From NCBI GenBank assembly GCA_051313645.2, contig JBNRSN020000031.1, forward strand, positions 6,572,001 to 6,636,000: a stretch of 64,000 nucleotides of DNA, in the 5' to 3' direction. Below are positions 1 to 15,700 of the stretch, piece after piece. Source of the stretch: Centroscyllium fabricii (lineage: Eukaryota). How positions within the stretch are numbered: position 1 is the stretch's first letter; each line of letters opens with the position of its first letter. The notes beneath the pieces were generated by a model that saw nothing but the letters and a program-made list of their open reading frames with translations, was not told the DNA's origin and made no database searches. The translations under genes were made by a program, and so were the position numbers.

Positions 1-3000
1 GACTACTTGTTATATTCACGTAATCACATGCTGAGATATAATTGGCCCACAGGCATCTGTAAGGATTACCTATTATATTCACGTAATCACATGATGAGTT
101 ATCATTGGCCCACAGGAATCTGTAAGGACTACCAATTATATTCCCGTAATAATATGCTGAGTTATCATTGGCCCACAGGCAGCTGTAAGGACTACCTATT
201 ATATTCACGTAATCAAATGCTGAGTTATCATTGGCCCGCAGGCATCTGTAAGGACTACCAATTATATTCACGTGATCACATGCCGACTTATCATTGGCGC
301 ACAGGCATCTGTAAGGACTATTATTGTATTCACGTAACCAAATGCTGAGTTATCATTGGCCCACAGGCATCTGTAAGGACTACTATTGTATTCACGTAAT
401 CACATGCTGAGTTATCATTGGCCCGCAGGCATCTGTAAGGACTACCTATTATATTCACGTAATCACACGCTGAGTTATCATTGGACCACAGGCATCTGTA
501 AGGACTACTATTATATTCAAGTAATCACATGCTGAGTTATCATTGGCCCACTGGCATCTGTAAGGACGACTATTGTATTCACGTAATCAAATGCTGAGTT
601 AACATTGGCCCACAGGCATCTGTATGGTCTACTATTGTATTCACGTAATCACATGCTGAATTATCATTGGCCCGCAGGCATCTGTAAGGACTACCTATTT
701 TATTCACATAATCACATGCTGAGTTATCATTGGTCCACAGGCATCTGTAAGGACTAATGTTGTATTCACGTAACCAAATGCTGAGTTATCATTGGCCCAC
801 AGGCATCTGTAAGGACTACTAATGTATTCACGTAATCACCGGCTGAGTTATCATTGGCCCGCAGGCATCTGTAAGGACTACCTATTATATTTACGTAATC
901 ACATGCTGAGTTATCATTGGCCCACTGGCATCTGTAAGGACTACTATTATATTCACGTAATCACATGCTGAGTTATCATTGGCCCACTGGCATCTGTAAG
1001 GACTACTATTGTATTCACGTAATCAAATCCTGAGTTATCATTGGCCCACAGGAATCTGTAAGGACTACTATTGTATTCACGTAATCACATGCTGAGTTAT
1101 CATTGGCCCACAGGCATCTGTTAGGACTACCTATTATATTCACATGATCACATGCTGAGTTATCATTGGCCCACAGGGATCTGTAAGGACTACTATTGTA
1201 TTCACGTAACCAAATGCTGAATTATCATTGGCCCACAGGCATCTGTAAGGACTACTAATGTATTCACGTAATGACAGGCTGAGTTATCATTGGCCCGCAG
1301 GCATCTGTAAGGACTACCTATTATATTCACGTAATCACATGCTGAGTTATCATTGGCCCACAGGCATCTGTAAGGACTACTATTATATTCACGTAATCAT
1401 ATGCTGAGTTATCATTGGCCCACAGGCATCTGAAAGGTCTACCTATTATATTCATGTAATCACATGCTGTGTTATCATTGGCCCAAAGGCATCTGTAAGG
1501 ACTACCTATTATATTCACGTAATATCATGCTGAGTTATCATTGGCCCACAGGCATTTGTAAGGACTACCTATTATATTCACATAATCACATGCTGAGTTA
1601 TCATTGGCCCACAGGCATCTGTAAGGATTACCTATTATATTCACGTAATCACATGACGAGTTATCATTGGCCCACAGGAATCTGTAAGGACTACCTATTA
1701 TATTCCTGTAATAATATGCTGAGATATCATTGGCCCACAGGCAGCTGTAAGGACTACCTATTATATTCACGTAATCAAATGCTGAGTTATCATTGGCCCA
1801 CAGGCATCTGTAAGGTCTACCTATTATATTCAGGTAATCACATGCTGAATTATCATTGGCCCACAGGCATCTGTAAGGACTACCTATTATATTCACGTAA
1901 TCACATGCTGAGTTATCATTGGTCCACAGGCATCTGTAAGGACTACCTGTTATATTCACGTAATCACATGCTGAGTTATCATTGGCCCACAGGCATTTGT
2001 AAGGACTACCTATTATATTCACGTAATCACATGCTGAGTTATCATTGGCCCACAGGCATCTGTAAGGACTACCTTTCATATTCACGTAATCACATGCTGA
2101 AATACCATTGGCCCACAGGCATCTGTAAGGACCACCTATTATATTCACGTAATCACATGCTGAGTTATCATTGGACCACAGGCATCTGTAAGGACTACCT
2201 ATTATATTCAGGTAATTACATGCTCAGATATCATTGGCCCACAGGCATCTGTAAGGACTACCTATTATATTCACGTAATCTCATGCTGAATTATCATTGG
2301 CACACAGGCATCTGTAAGGACTACCTATTATATTCACGTAATCACATGCTGAGTTATCATTGGCCCGCAGGCATCTGTAAGGACTACCAATTATATTCAC
2401 GTGATCACAGGCTGAGTTATCATTGAACCACAGGCATCTGTAAGGACTACTATTGTAATCACGTAACCAAATGCTGAGTTATCATTGGCCCACAGGCATC
2501 TGTAAGGACTACTATTGTATTCACGTAATCACATGCTGAGTTATCATTGGCCCACTGGCATCTGTAAGGACTACTATTGTATTCACGTAATCAATTCCTG
2601 AGTTATCATTGGCCCACAGGCATCTGTAAGGACTACTAATGTATTCACGTAATCACATGCTGAGTTATCATTGGCCCACAGGCATCTGTTAGGACTACCT
2701 ATTATATTCACATGATCACATGCTGAGTTATCATTGGCCCACAGGGCTCTGTAAGGACTACCATTGTATTCACGTAACCAAATGCTGAATTATCATTGGC
2801 CCACAGGCATCTGTAAGGACTACTAATGTATTCACGTAATCACAGGCTGAGTTATCATTGGCCCGCAGGCATCTGTAAGGACTACCTATTATATTCACGT
2901 AATCACATGCTGAGTTATCATTGGCCCACAGTCATCTGTGAGGACTACTATTATATTCACGTAATCATATGCTGAGTTATCATTGGCCCACAGCCATCTG

Positions 3001-5470
3001 TAAGGTCTACCTATTATATTCACGTAATCACATGTTGTGTTATCATTGGCCCAAAGGCATCTGTAAGGACTACCTATTATATTCACGTAATCAAATGCTG
3101 AGTTATCATTGGCCCGCAGGCATCTGTAAGGACTACCAATTATATTCACGTGATCACATGCCGACTTATCATTGGCCCACAGGCATCTGTAAGGACTATT
3201 ATTGTATTCACGTAACCAAATGCTGAGTTATCATTGGCCCACAGGCATCTGTAAGGACTACTATTGTATTCACGTAATCACATGCTGAGTTATCATTGGC
3301 CCCGCAGGCATCCGTAAGGACTACCTATTATATTCACGTAATCACACGCTGAGTTATCATTGGCCCACAGGCATCTGTAAGGACTACTATTATATTCACG
3401 TAATCAGATGCTGAGTTATCATTGGCCCACTGGCATCTGTAAGGACGACTATTGTATTCACATAATCAAATGCTGAATTAACATTGGCCCACAGGCATCT
3501 GTATGGTCTACTATTGTATTCACGTAATCACATGCTGAGTTATCATTGGCCCGCAGGCATCTGTAAGGACTACCTATTTTATTCACATAATCACATGCTG
3601 AGTTATCATTGGTCCACAGGCATCTGTAAGGACTACTGTTGTATTCACGTAACCAAATGCTGAGTTATCATTGGCCCACAGGCATCTGTAAGGACTACTA
3701 ATGTATCCACGTAATCACCGGCTGAGTTATCATTGGCCCGCAGGCATCTGTAAGGACTACCTATTATATTTACGTAATCACATGCTGAGTTATCATTGGC
3801 CCACAGGCATCTGTAAGGACTACTATTATATTCACGTAATCACATGCTGAGTTATCATTGGCCCACTGGCATCTGTAAGGACTACTATTGTATTCACGTA
3901 ATCAAACCCTGAGTTATCATTGGCCCACAGGCATCTGTAAGGACTACTATTGTATTCACGTAATCACATGCTGAGTTATCATTGGCCCACAGGCATCTGT
4001 TAGGACTACCTATTATATTCACATGATCACATGCTGAGTTATCATTGGCCCACAGGGATCTGTAAGGACTACTATTGTATTCACGTAACCAAATTCTGAA
4101 TTATCATTGGCCCACAGGCATCTGTAAGGACTACTAATGTATTCACGTAATCACAGGCTGAGTTATCATTGGCCCGCAGGCATCTGTAAGGACTACCTAT
4201 TATATTCACGTAATCACATGCTGAGTTATCATTGGCCCACAGGCATTTGTAAGGACTACTATTATATTCACGTAATCATATGCTGAGTTATCATTGGCCC
4301 ACAGGCATCTGTAAGGTCTACCTATTATATTCATGTAATCACATGCTGTGTTATCATTGGCCCAAAGGCATCTGTAAGGACTACCTATTATATTCACATA
4401 ATATCATGCTGAGTTATCATTGGCCCACAGGCATTTGTAAGGACTACCTATTATATTCACGTAATCACATGCTGAGATATCATTGGCCCACAGGCATCTG
4501 TAAGGATTACCTATTATATTCACGTAATCACATGACGAGTTATCATTGGCCCACAGGAATCTGTAAGGACTACCTATTATATTCCCGTAATAATATGCTG
4601 AGTTATCATTGGCCCACAGGCAGCTGTAAGGACTACCTATTATATTCACGTAATCAAATGCTGAGTTATCATTGGCCCACAGGCATCTGTAAGGTCTACC
4701 TATTATATTCAGGTAATCACATGCTGAATTATCATTGGCCCACAGGCATCTGTAAGGACTACCTATTATATTCACGTAATCACATGCTGAGTTATCATTG
4801 GCCCACAGGCATCTGTAAGGACTACCTGTTATATTCACGTAATCACATGCTGAGTTATCATTGGCCCACAGGCATTTGTAAGGACTACCTATTATATTCA
4901 CGTAATCACATGCTGAGTTATCATTGGCCCACAGGCATCTGTAAGGACTACCTTTCATATTCACGTAATCACATGCTGAATTACCATTGGCCCACAGGCA
5001 TCTGTAAGGACCACCTATTATATTCACGTAATCACATGCTGAGTTATCATTGGACCACAGGCATCTGTAAGGACTACCTATTATATTCACGTAATTACAT
5101 GCTCAGATATCATTGGCCCACAGGCATCTGTAAGGACTACCTATTATATTCACGTAATCTCATGCTGAATTATCATTGGCCCACAGGCATCTGTAAGGAC
5201 TACCTATTATATTCACGTAATCACATGCTGAGTTATCATTGGCCCGCAGGCATCTGTAAGGACTACCAATTATATTCACGTGATCACAGGCTGAGTTATC
5301 ATTGACCCACAGGCATCTGTAAGGACTACTATTGTAATCACGTAACCAAATGCTGAGTTATCATTGGCCCACAGGCATCTGTAATGACTACTATTATATT
5401 CACGTAATCAAATGCTGAGTTATCATTGGCCCGCAGGCATCTGTAAGGACTACCTATTATATTCACGTAA
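1..5470 (+). repeat. Satellite block duplicated at about 15738-21150 (offset 15737, later 15677); each copy is itself about two units of a 2.8-2.9-kb higher-order repeat
   Basis: The same rare variants (GAGATATAATT, TTGGCGCACA, GACTAATGTTG, AATGACAGG, TTGGCCCCGC) occur in the same order. ORF-track offsets: 1327/17064 = 15737; 4206/19883 = 15677; 1327/4206 = 2879; 17064/19883 = 2819. Boundaries are approximate. Confidence 0.85.
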
Positions 5471-7719
5471 TCACATGCTGAGTTATCATTGGCCCGCAGG
5501 CATCTGTAAGGACTACCAATTATATTCATGTGATCAGATGCTGATTTATCATTGGCCCACAGGCATCTGTAAGGACTACTATTATATTCACGTAATCACA
5601 TGCTGAGTTATCATTGGCCCACTGGCGTCTGTCAGGACTACTATTGTATTCATGTAATCGAATGCTGAGTTATCATTGGCCCGCAGGCATCTGTAAGGAC
5701 TACCTATTATATTCACGTAATCACATGCTGAGTTATCATTGGCCCACAGGCATCTGTAAGGACTACCTATTATATTCACGTAATCACATGCTGAGTTATC
5801 ATTGGCCCACAGGCATCTGTAAGGATTACCTATTATATTCACGTAATCACATGCTGAAATATCATTGGCCCACAGGCAGTTGTAAGGACTACCTATTATA
5901 TTCACGTAATCATATGCTGAGTTATCATTGGCCCACTGGCATCTGTAAGGACTACAATTGTATTCACGTAATCAAATGCTGAGTTATCATTGGTCCACTG
6001 GCATCTGTAAGGACTACTGTTGTATTCACGTAATCACATGCTGAGTTATCATTGGCCCGCAGGCATCTGTAAGGACTACCTATTATATTCACGTAATCAC
6101 ATGCTGAGTTATCATTGGCCCAAAGGCATCTGTAAGGACTACAATTATATTCACGTAATCATATGCTGAGTTATCATTGGCCCACAGGCATCTGTAAGGG
6201 CTACCTATTATATTCACGTAATCACATGATGAGTTATCATTGGCCCACAGGCATCTGTAAGGACTACCTATTATATTCAAATAATAATATGCTGATTTAT
6301 CATTGGCCCACAGGCAACTGTAAGGACTACCTATTATATTCACGTAATCAAATGGTGAGTTATCATTGGCAAACAGGCATCTGTAAGGACTACCTATTAT
6401 ATTCAGGTAATAACATGCTGAATTATCATTGGCCCACAGGCATTTGTAAGGAATACCTATTATATTCAAGTAATCACATGCTGAGTTATCATTGGCCCAC
6501 AGGCATCTGTAAGGACTAATTTTATATTCACGTAATCACATGCTGAATTATCATTGGCCCACAGGCATCTGTAAGGACTACCTATTATATTCACGTAATC
6601 ACATGCTGAGTTATGATTGGCCCACAGGCATCTGTAAGGACTACCTATTGTATTCACGTAATCACATGCTGAGATATCATTGGCCCACAGGCAACTGTAA
6701 GGACTACCTATTATATTCACGTAATCACATGCTAAATTATCATTGGCCCACAGGCATCTGTAAGGACTACCTATTATATTCACGTAATCACATGCTGAAT
6801 TATCATTGTACCACAGGCATCTGGAAGGACTACCTATTATATTCACGTAATCACATGCTGAGTTATCATTGGCCCACAGGCATATGTAAGGACCACCTAC
6901 TATATTCACGTAATCACATGCTGAATTATCTTTGGCCCACAGGCATTTGTAAGGACTACCTATTATATTCACGTAACCACATGCTGAGTTATCATTGGCC
7001 CACTGGCATCTGTAAGGATTACTATTGTATTCACGTAATCAATTGCTGAGTTATCATTGGCCCACAGGCATCTGTAAGGACTACTATTGAATTCACGTAA
7101 TCACATGCTGAGTTATCATTGGCCCGCAGGCATCTGTAAGGACTACCTATTATATTCACGTAATCACATGCTGAGTTATCATTGGCCCACAGGCATCTGT
7201 AAGGACTACTATTATATTCACGTAATCATATGCTGAGTAATCATTGGCCCACAGGCATCTGTAAGGACTACCTATTATATTCGCGTAATCCCATGCTGAG
7301 TTATCATTGGCCCACAGGCATCTGTAAGGACTACCTATTATATTCAGGTAATCAAATGCTGAGTTGTCAATGGCCCACAGGCATCTGTAAGGACTACCTA
7401 TTATATTCACGTAATCACATGCTGAGTTATCATTGGCCCACAGGCATCTGTACGGACTACCTATTATATTCACGTAATCACATGATGAGTTATCATTGGC
7501 CCACAGGCATTTGTAAGGAATATCTATTATATTCACGTAATCACATGCTGAGTTATCATTGTCCCACAGGCATCTGTAAGGACTAATTTTATATTCACGT
7601 AATCAAATGCTGAATTATCATTGGCCCATAGGCATCTGTAGGGACTACCTATTATATTCACGTAATCACATGCTGAGTTATGATTGGCACACAGGCATCT
7701 GTAAGGACTACCTATTATA

Positions 7720-10700
7720 TTCACGTAATCACATGCTGAGATATCATTGGCCCACAGGCATCTGTAAGGACTACCTATTATATTCACGTAATCACATGCT
7801 AAATTATCATTGGCCCACAGGCATCTGTAAGGACTACCTATTATATTCACGTAATCACATGCTGAATTGTCATTGGCCCACAGGCATCTGGAAGGACTAC
7901 CTATTATATTCATGTAATCACATGCTGAGTTATCATTGGCCCACAGGCATCTGTAAGGACCACCTATTATATTCACGTAATCACATGCTGAATTATCATT
8001 GTCCCACAGGCATCTGTAAGGACTACCTATTATATTCACGTAATCACAAGCTGAGATATCATTGGCCCACAGGCATCTGTAAGGACTACCTATTATATTC
8101 ACGTAATCACATGCTAAGTAATCATTGGCCCACAGGCATCTGTAAGGACTACCTATTATATTCACATAATAACATGCTGAATTATCATTGGCCCACAGCC
8201 ATCTGTAAGGACTACCTATTATATTCACGTAATCAGATGCTGAGTTATCATTGGCCCGCAGGCATCTGTAAGGACTACCAATTATATTCACGTGATCACA
8301 TGCTGAGTTATCATTGGCCCACAGGAATCTGTAAGGACTACTATTATATTCACGTAATCACATGCTGAATTATCATTGTCCCACAGGCATCTGGAAGGAC
8401 TACCTATTATATTCACGTAATCACATGCTGAGTTATCATTGGCCCACAGGCATATGTAAGGACCACCTACTATATTCACGTAATCACATGCTGAATTATC
8501 TTTGGCCCACAGGCATTTGTAAGGACTACCTATTATATTCACGTAACCACATGCTGAGTTATCATTGGCCCACTGGCATCTGTAAGGATTACTATTGTAT
8601 TCACGTAATCAATTGCTGAGTTATCATTGGCCCACAGGCATCTGTAAGGACTACTATTGAATTCACGTAATCACATGCTGAGTTATCATTGGCCCGCAGG
8701 TATCTGTAAGGACTACCTATTATATTCACGTAATCACATGCTGAGTTATCATTGGCCCACAGGCATCTGTAAGGACTACTATTATATTCACGTAATCATA
8801 TGCTGAGTAATCATTGGCCCACAGGCATCTGTAAGGACTACCTATTATATTCGCGTAATCCCATGCTGAGTTATCATTGGCCCACAGGCATCTGTAAGGA
8901 CTACCTATTATATTCAGGTAATCAAATGCTGAGTTATCATTGGCACCACAGGCATCTGTAAGGACTACCTATTATATTCACGTAATCACATGCTGAGTTA
9001 TCATTGGCCCACAGGCATCTGTACGGACTACCTATTATATTCACGTAATCACATGATGAGTTATCATTGGCCCACAAGCATTTGTAAGGAATATCTATTA
9101 TATTCACGTAATCACATGCTGAGTTATCATTGTCCCACAGGCATCTGTAAGGACTAATTTTATATTCACATAATCAAATGCTGAATTATCATTGGCCCAT
9201 AGGCATCTGTAAGGACTACCTATTATATTCACGTAATCACATGCTGAGTTATGATTGGCACACAGGCATCTGTAAGGACTACCTATTATATTCACGTAAT
9301 CACATGCTGAATTGTCATTGGCCCACAGGCATCTGGAAGGACTACCTATTATATTCATGTAATCACATGCTGAGTTATCATTGGCCCACAGGCATCTGTA
9401 AGGACCACCTATTATATTCACGTAATCACATGCTGAATTATCATTGTCCCACAGGCATCTGTAAGGACTACCTATTATATTCACGTAATCACAAGCTGAG
9501 ATATCATTGGCCCACAGGCATCTGTAAGGACTACCTATTATATTCACGTAATCACATGCTAAGTAATCATTGGCCCACAGGCATCTGTAAGGACTACCTA
9601 TTATATTCACATAATAACATGCTGAATTATCATTGGCCCACAGCCATCTGTAAGGACTACCTATTATATTCACGCAATCAGATGCTGAGTTACCATTGGC
9701 CCGCAGGCATCTGTAAGGACTACCAATTATATTCACGTGATCACATGCTGAGTTATCATAGGCCCACAGGAATCTGTAAGGACTACTATTATATTCACGT
9801 AATCACATGCTGAGTTATCATTGGCCCAATGGCATCTGTAAGGACTACTATTGTATTCATGTAATCGAATGCTGAGTTATCATTGGACCACAGGCATCTG
9901 TAAGGATTACTATTGTATTCACGTAATCAAATGCTGAGTTATCATTGGCCCACAGGCATCTGTAAGGACTACTATTGTATTCACGTAATCACATGCTGAG
10001 TTATCATTGGCCCGCAGGCATCTGTAAGGACTACCTATTATATTCACGTAATCACATGCTGAATTATCATTGGCCCACAGACATCTGGAAGGACTACCTA
10101 TTATATTCACGTAATCACATGCTAAGTTATCATTGGCCCACAGGCATCTGTAAGGACCACCTACTATATTCACGTAATCACATGCTGAATTATCTTTGGC
10201 CCACAGGCATTTGTAAGGACTACCTATTATATTCACGTAATCACATGCTGAGATATCATTGGCCCACAGGCATCTGTAAGGACTACCTATTATATTCACG
10301 TAATCACATGCTAAATTATCATTGGCCCACAGGCATCTGTAAGGACTACCTATTATATTCACGTAATCACATGCTGAATTGTCATTGGCCCACAGGCATC
10401 TGGAAGGACTACCTATTATATTCATGTAATCACATGCTGAGTTATCATTGGCCCACAGGCATCTGTAAGGACCACCTATTATATTCACGTAATCACATGC
10501 TGAATTATCATTGTCCCACAGGCATCTGTAAGGACTACCTATTATATTCACGTAATCACAAGCTGAGATATCATTGGCCCACAGGCATCTGTAAGGACTA
10601 CCTATTATATTCACGTAATCACATGCTAAGTAATCATTGGCCCACAGGCATCTGTAAGGACTACCTATTATATTCACATAATAACATGCTGAATTATCAT

Positions 10701-12750
10701 TGGCCCACAGCCATCTGTAAGGACTACCTATTATATTCACGTAATCAGATGCTGAGTTATCATTGGCCCGCAGGCATCTGTAAGGACTACCAATTATATT
10801 CACGTGATCACATGCTGAGTTATCATTGGCCCACAGGAATCTGTAAGGACTACTATTATATTCACGTAATCACATGCTGAATTATCATTGTCCCACAGGC
10901 ATCTGGAAGGACTACCTATTATATTCACGTAATCACATGCTGAGTTATCATTGGCCCACAGGCATATGTAAGGACCACCTACTATATTCACGTAATCACA
11001 TGCTGAATTATCTTTGGCCCACAGGCATTTGTAAGGACTACCTATTATATTCACGTAACCACATGCTGAGTTATCATTGGCCCACTGGCATCTGTAAGGA
11101 TTACTATTGTATTCACGTAATCAATTGCTGAGTTATCATTGGCCCACAGGCATCTGTAAGGACTACTATTGAATACACGTAATCACATGCTGAGTTATCA
11201 TTGGCCCGCAGGTATCTGTAAGGACTACCTATTATATTCACGTAATCACATGCTGAGTTATCATTGGCCCACAGGCATCTGTAAGGACTACTATTATATT
11301 CACGTAATCATATGCTGAGTAATCATTGGCCCACAGGCATCTGTAAGGACTACCTATTATATTCGCGTAATCCCATGCTGAGTTATCATTGGCCCACAGG
11401 CATCTGTAAGGACTACCTATTATATTCAGGTAATCAAATGCTGAGTTATCATTGGCACCACAGGCATCTGTAAGGACTACCTATTATATTCACGTAATCA
11501 CATGCTGAGTTATCATTGGCCCACAGGCATCTGTACGGACTACCTATTATATTCACGTAATCACATGATGAGTTATCATTGGCCCACAAGCATTTGTAAG
11601 GAATATCTATTATATTCACGTAATCACATGCTGAGTTATCATTGTCCCACAGGCATCTGTAAGGACTAATTTTATATTCACATAATCAAATGCTGAATTA
11701 TCATTGGCCCATAGGCATCTGTAAGGACTACCTATTATATTCACGTAATCACATGCTGAGTTATGATTGGCACACAGGCATCTGTAAGGACTACCTATTA
11801 TATTCACGTAATCACATGCTGAATTGTCATTGGCCCACAGGCATCTGGAAGGACTACCTATTATATTCATGTAATCACATGCTGAGTTATCATTGGCCCA
11901 CAGGCATCTGTAAGGACCACCTATTATATTCACGTAATCACATGCTGAATTATCATTGTCCCACAGGCATCTGTAAGGACTACCTATTATATTCACGTAA
12001 TCACAAGCTGAGATATCATTGGCCCACAGGCATCTGTAAGGACTACCTATTATATTCACGTAATCACATGCTAAGTAATCATTGGCCCACAGGCATCTGT
12101 AAGGACTACCTATTATATTCACATAATAACATGCTGAATTATCATTGGCCCACAGCCATCTGTAAGGACTACCTATTATATTCACGCAATCAGATGCTGA
12201 GTTACCATTGGCCCGCAGGCATCTGTAAGGACTACCAATTATATTCACGTGATCACATGCTGAGTTATCATAGGCCCACAGGAATCTGTAAGGACTACTA
12301 TTATATTCACGTAATCACATGCTGAGTTATCATTGGCCCAATGGCATCTGTAAGGACTACTATTGTATTCATGTAATCGAATGCTGAGTTATCATTGGAC
12401 CACAGGCATCTGTAAGGATTACTATTGTATTCACGTAATCAAATGCTGAGTTATCATTGGCCCACAGGCATCTGTAAGGACTACTATTGTATTCACGTAA
12501 TCACATGCTGAGTTATCATTGGCCCGCAGGCATCTGTAAGGACTACCTATTATATTCACGTAATCACATGCTGAATTATCATTGGCCCACAGACATCTGG
12601 AAGGACTACCTATTATATTCACGTAATCACATGCTAAGTTATCATTGGCCCACAGGCATCTGTAAGGACCACCTACTATATTCACGTAATCACATGCTGA
12701 ATTATCTTTGGCCCACAGGCATTTGTAAGGACTACCTATTATATTCACGT
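7720..12750 (+). repeat. Near-perfect tandem duplication of a 2512-bp (40-monomer) satellite block
   Basis: Identical ORF translations at a constant offset of 2512 (8288/10800, 8362/10874, 9104/11616, 9178/11690). The 64-bp variant TGGCACCACA is shared at about 8941 and 11453. Boundaries are approximate. Confidence 0.9.
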
Positions 12751-15700
12751 AAACACATGCTGAGTTATCATTGGCCCACTGGCATCTGTAAGGATTACTA
12801 TTGTAATCACGTAATCAAATGCTGCGTTATCATTGGCCCACAGGCATCTGTAAGGACTACTATTGTATTCACGTAATCACATGCTGAGTTATCATTGGCC
12901 CGCAGGCATCTGTAAGGACTACCGATTAGATTCACGTAATCACATGCTGAGTTATCATTGGCCCACAGGCATCTGTAAGGACTACTATTATATTCACGTA
13001 ATCATATGCTGAGTTATCATTGGCCCACAGGCATCTGTAAGGACTACCTATTATATTCACGTAATCATATGCTGAGTTATCATTGGCCCACAGCCATCTG
13101 TAAGGACTACCTATTATATTCAGGTAATCACATGCTGAGTTATCATTGGCCCACAGGCATCTGTAAGGACTACCTATTATATTCACGTAATCACATGCTG
13201 AATTATCATTGGCCCACAGGCATTTGTAAGGACTACCTATTATATTCACGTAATGACATGCTGAGTTATCATTGGCCCACAGGCATCTGTACGGACTACC
13301 TATTATATTCACATAATCACATGATGAGTTATCATTGGCCCACAGGCATTTGTAAGGAATACCTATTATATTCACGTAATCACATGCTGAGTTATCATAG
13401 TCCCACAGGCATCTGTAAGGACTAATTTTATATTCACGTAATCACATGCTGAATTATCATTGGCCCATAGGCATCTGTAAGGACTACCTATTATATTCAC
13501 GTAATCACATGCTGAGTTATGATTGGCACACAGGCATCTGTAAGGACTACCTATTATATTCACGTAATCACATGCTGAGATATCATTGGCCCACAGGCAT
13601 CTGTAAGGGCTACCTATTATATTCACGTAATCACATGCTAAATTATCATTGGCCCACAGGCATCTGTAAGGACTACCTATTATATTCACGTAATCACATG
13701 CCGAGTTATCATTGGCCCACAGGCATCTGTAAGGACTACCTATTATATTCACGTAATCACAAGCTGAGATATCATTGGCCCACAGGCATCTGTAAGGACT
13801 ACCTATTATATTCACGTAATCACATGCTAAGTAATCATTGGCCCACAGGCATCTGTAAGGACTACCTATTATATTCACATAATCACATGCTGAATTATCA
13901 TTGGCCCACAGCCATCTGTAAGGACTACCTATTATATTCACGTAATCAGATGCTGAGTTATCATTGGCCCGCAGGCATCTGTACGGACTACCAATTATAT
14001 TCACGTGATCACATGCTGAGTTATCATTGGCCCACAGGAATCTGTAAGGACTACTATTATATTCACGTAATCACATGCTGAGTTATCATTGGCCCAATGG
14101 CATCTGTAAGGACTACTATTGTATTCATGTAATCGAATGCTGAGTTATCATTGGACCACAGGCATCTGTAAGGACTACTATTGTATTCACGTAATCACAT
14201 GCTGAGTTATCATTGGCCCACAGTCATCTATAAGGACTACTATTATATTTACGTAATCATATGCTGAGTTATCATTGGCCCACAGGCATCTGTAAGGACT
14301 ACCTATTATATTAACGTAATCACATGCTGTGTTATCATTGGCCCACAGGCATCTGTAAGGACTACCTATTATGATCACATAATCACATGCTGAGTTATCA
14401 TTGGCCCACAGGCATCTGTAAGGACTACCTATTATATTCACGTAATCACATGCTGAGTTATCATTGGCCCACAGGCATCTGTAAGGACTACCTATTATAT
14501 TCACGTACTCACATGATGAGTTATCATTGGCCCACAGGCTTCTGTAAGGACTACCTATTATATTCCCGTAATAATATGCAGAGTTATCATTGGCCCACAG
14601 GCATCTGTAAGGACTACCTGTTATATTCACCTAATCAAATGCTGAGTTATCATTGGCCCACAGGCATCTGTAAGGACTACCTATTATATTCAGGTAATCA
14701 CATGCTGAGATATCATTGGCCCACTGGCATCTGTAAGGACTACCTATTATATTCACGTAATCACATGCTAAGTTATCATTGGCCCACAGGCATCTGTAAG
14801 GACTACCTATTATATTCACGTAATCACATGCTGAGTTATCATTGGCCCGCAGGCATCTGTAAGGACTACCAATTATATTCACGTAATCACATGCTGAATT
14901 ATCATTGGCCCACAGGCATCTGTAATGACTACTATTGTATTAACGTAACCAAATGCTGAGTTATCATTGGCCCACAGGCATCTGAATGGACTACAAATGT
15001 ATTCACGTAATCACAGGCTGAGTTATCATTGGCCCGCAGGCATCTGTAAGGACTACCTATTATATTCACGTAATCACAAGCTGAGTTATCATTGGCCCAC
15101 AGGCATCTGTAAGGACTACTATTATATTCACGTAATCACATGCTGAGATATCATTGGCCCACTGGCATCTGTAAGGACTACTATTGTATTCAGGTAATCA
15201 AATCCTGAGTTATCATTGGCCCACAGGCATCTGTAAGGACTACAAATGTATTCACGTAATCACATGCTGAGTTATCATTGGCCCACAGGCATCTGTTAGG
15301 ACTACCTATTATATTCACATGATCACATGCTGAGTTATCATTGGCCCACAGGGATCTGTAAGGACTACTATTGTATTCACGTAACCAAATGCTGAATTAT
15401 CATTGGCCCACAGGCATCTGTAAGGACTACTAATGTATTCACGTAATCACAGGCTGAGTTATCATTGGCCCGCAGGCATCTGTAAGGACTACCTATTATA
15501 TTCACGTAATCACATGCTGAGTTATCATTGGCCCACAGTCAACTGTGAGGACTACTATTATATTCACGTAATCATATGCTGAGTTATCATTGGCCCACAG
15601 GCATCTGTAAGGTCTACCTATTATATTCACGTAATCACATGCTGTGTTATCATTGGCCCAAAGGCATCTGTAAGGACTACCTATTATATTCATGTAATCA

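Noticed and set aside
23-30. ATCACATG matches the budding-yeast centromere CDEI consensus RTCACRTG
   Set aside because: No CDEII or CDEIII, and the context is a large satellite array; it is just an E-box-like 8-mer.
1-63. Monomer built from 21-bp or about 31-bp ancestral subrepeats
   Set aside because: Only short echoes (TCACGT/TCACAT/CCACAG, TTATATT/TTATCATT) at inconsistent spacings; no alignable sub-period by eye.
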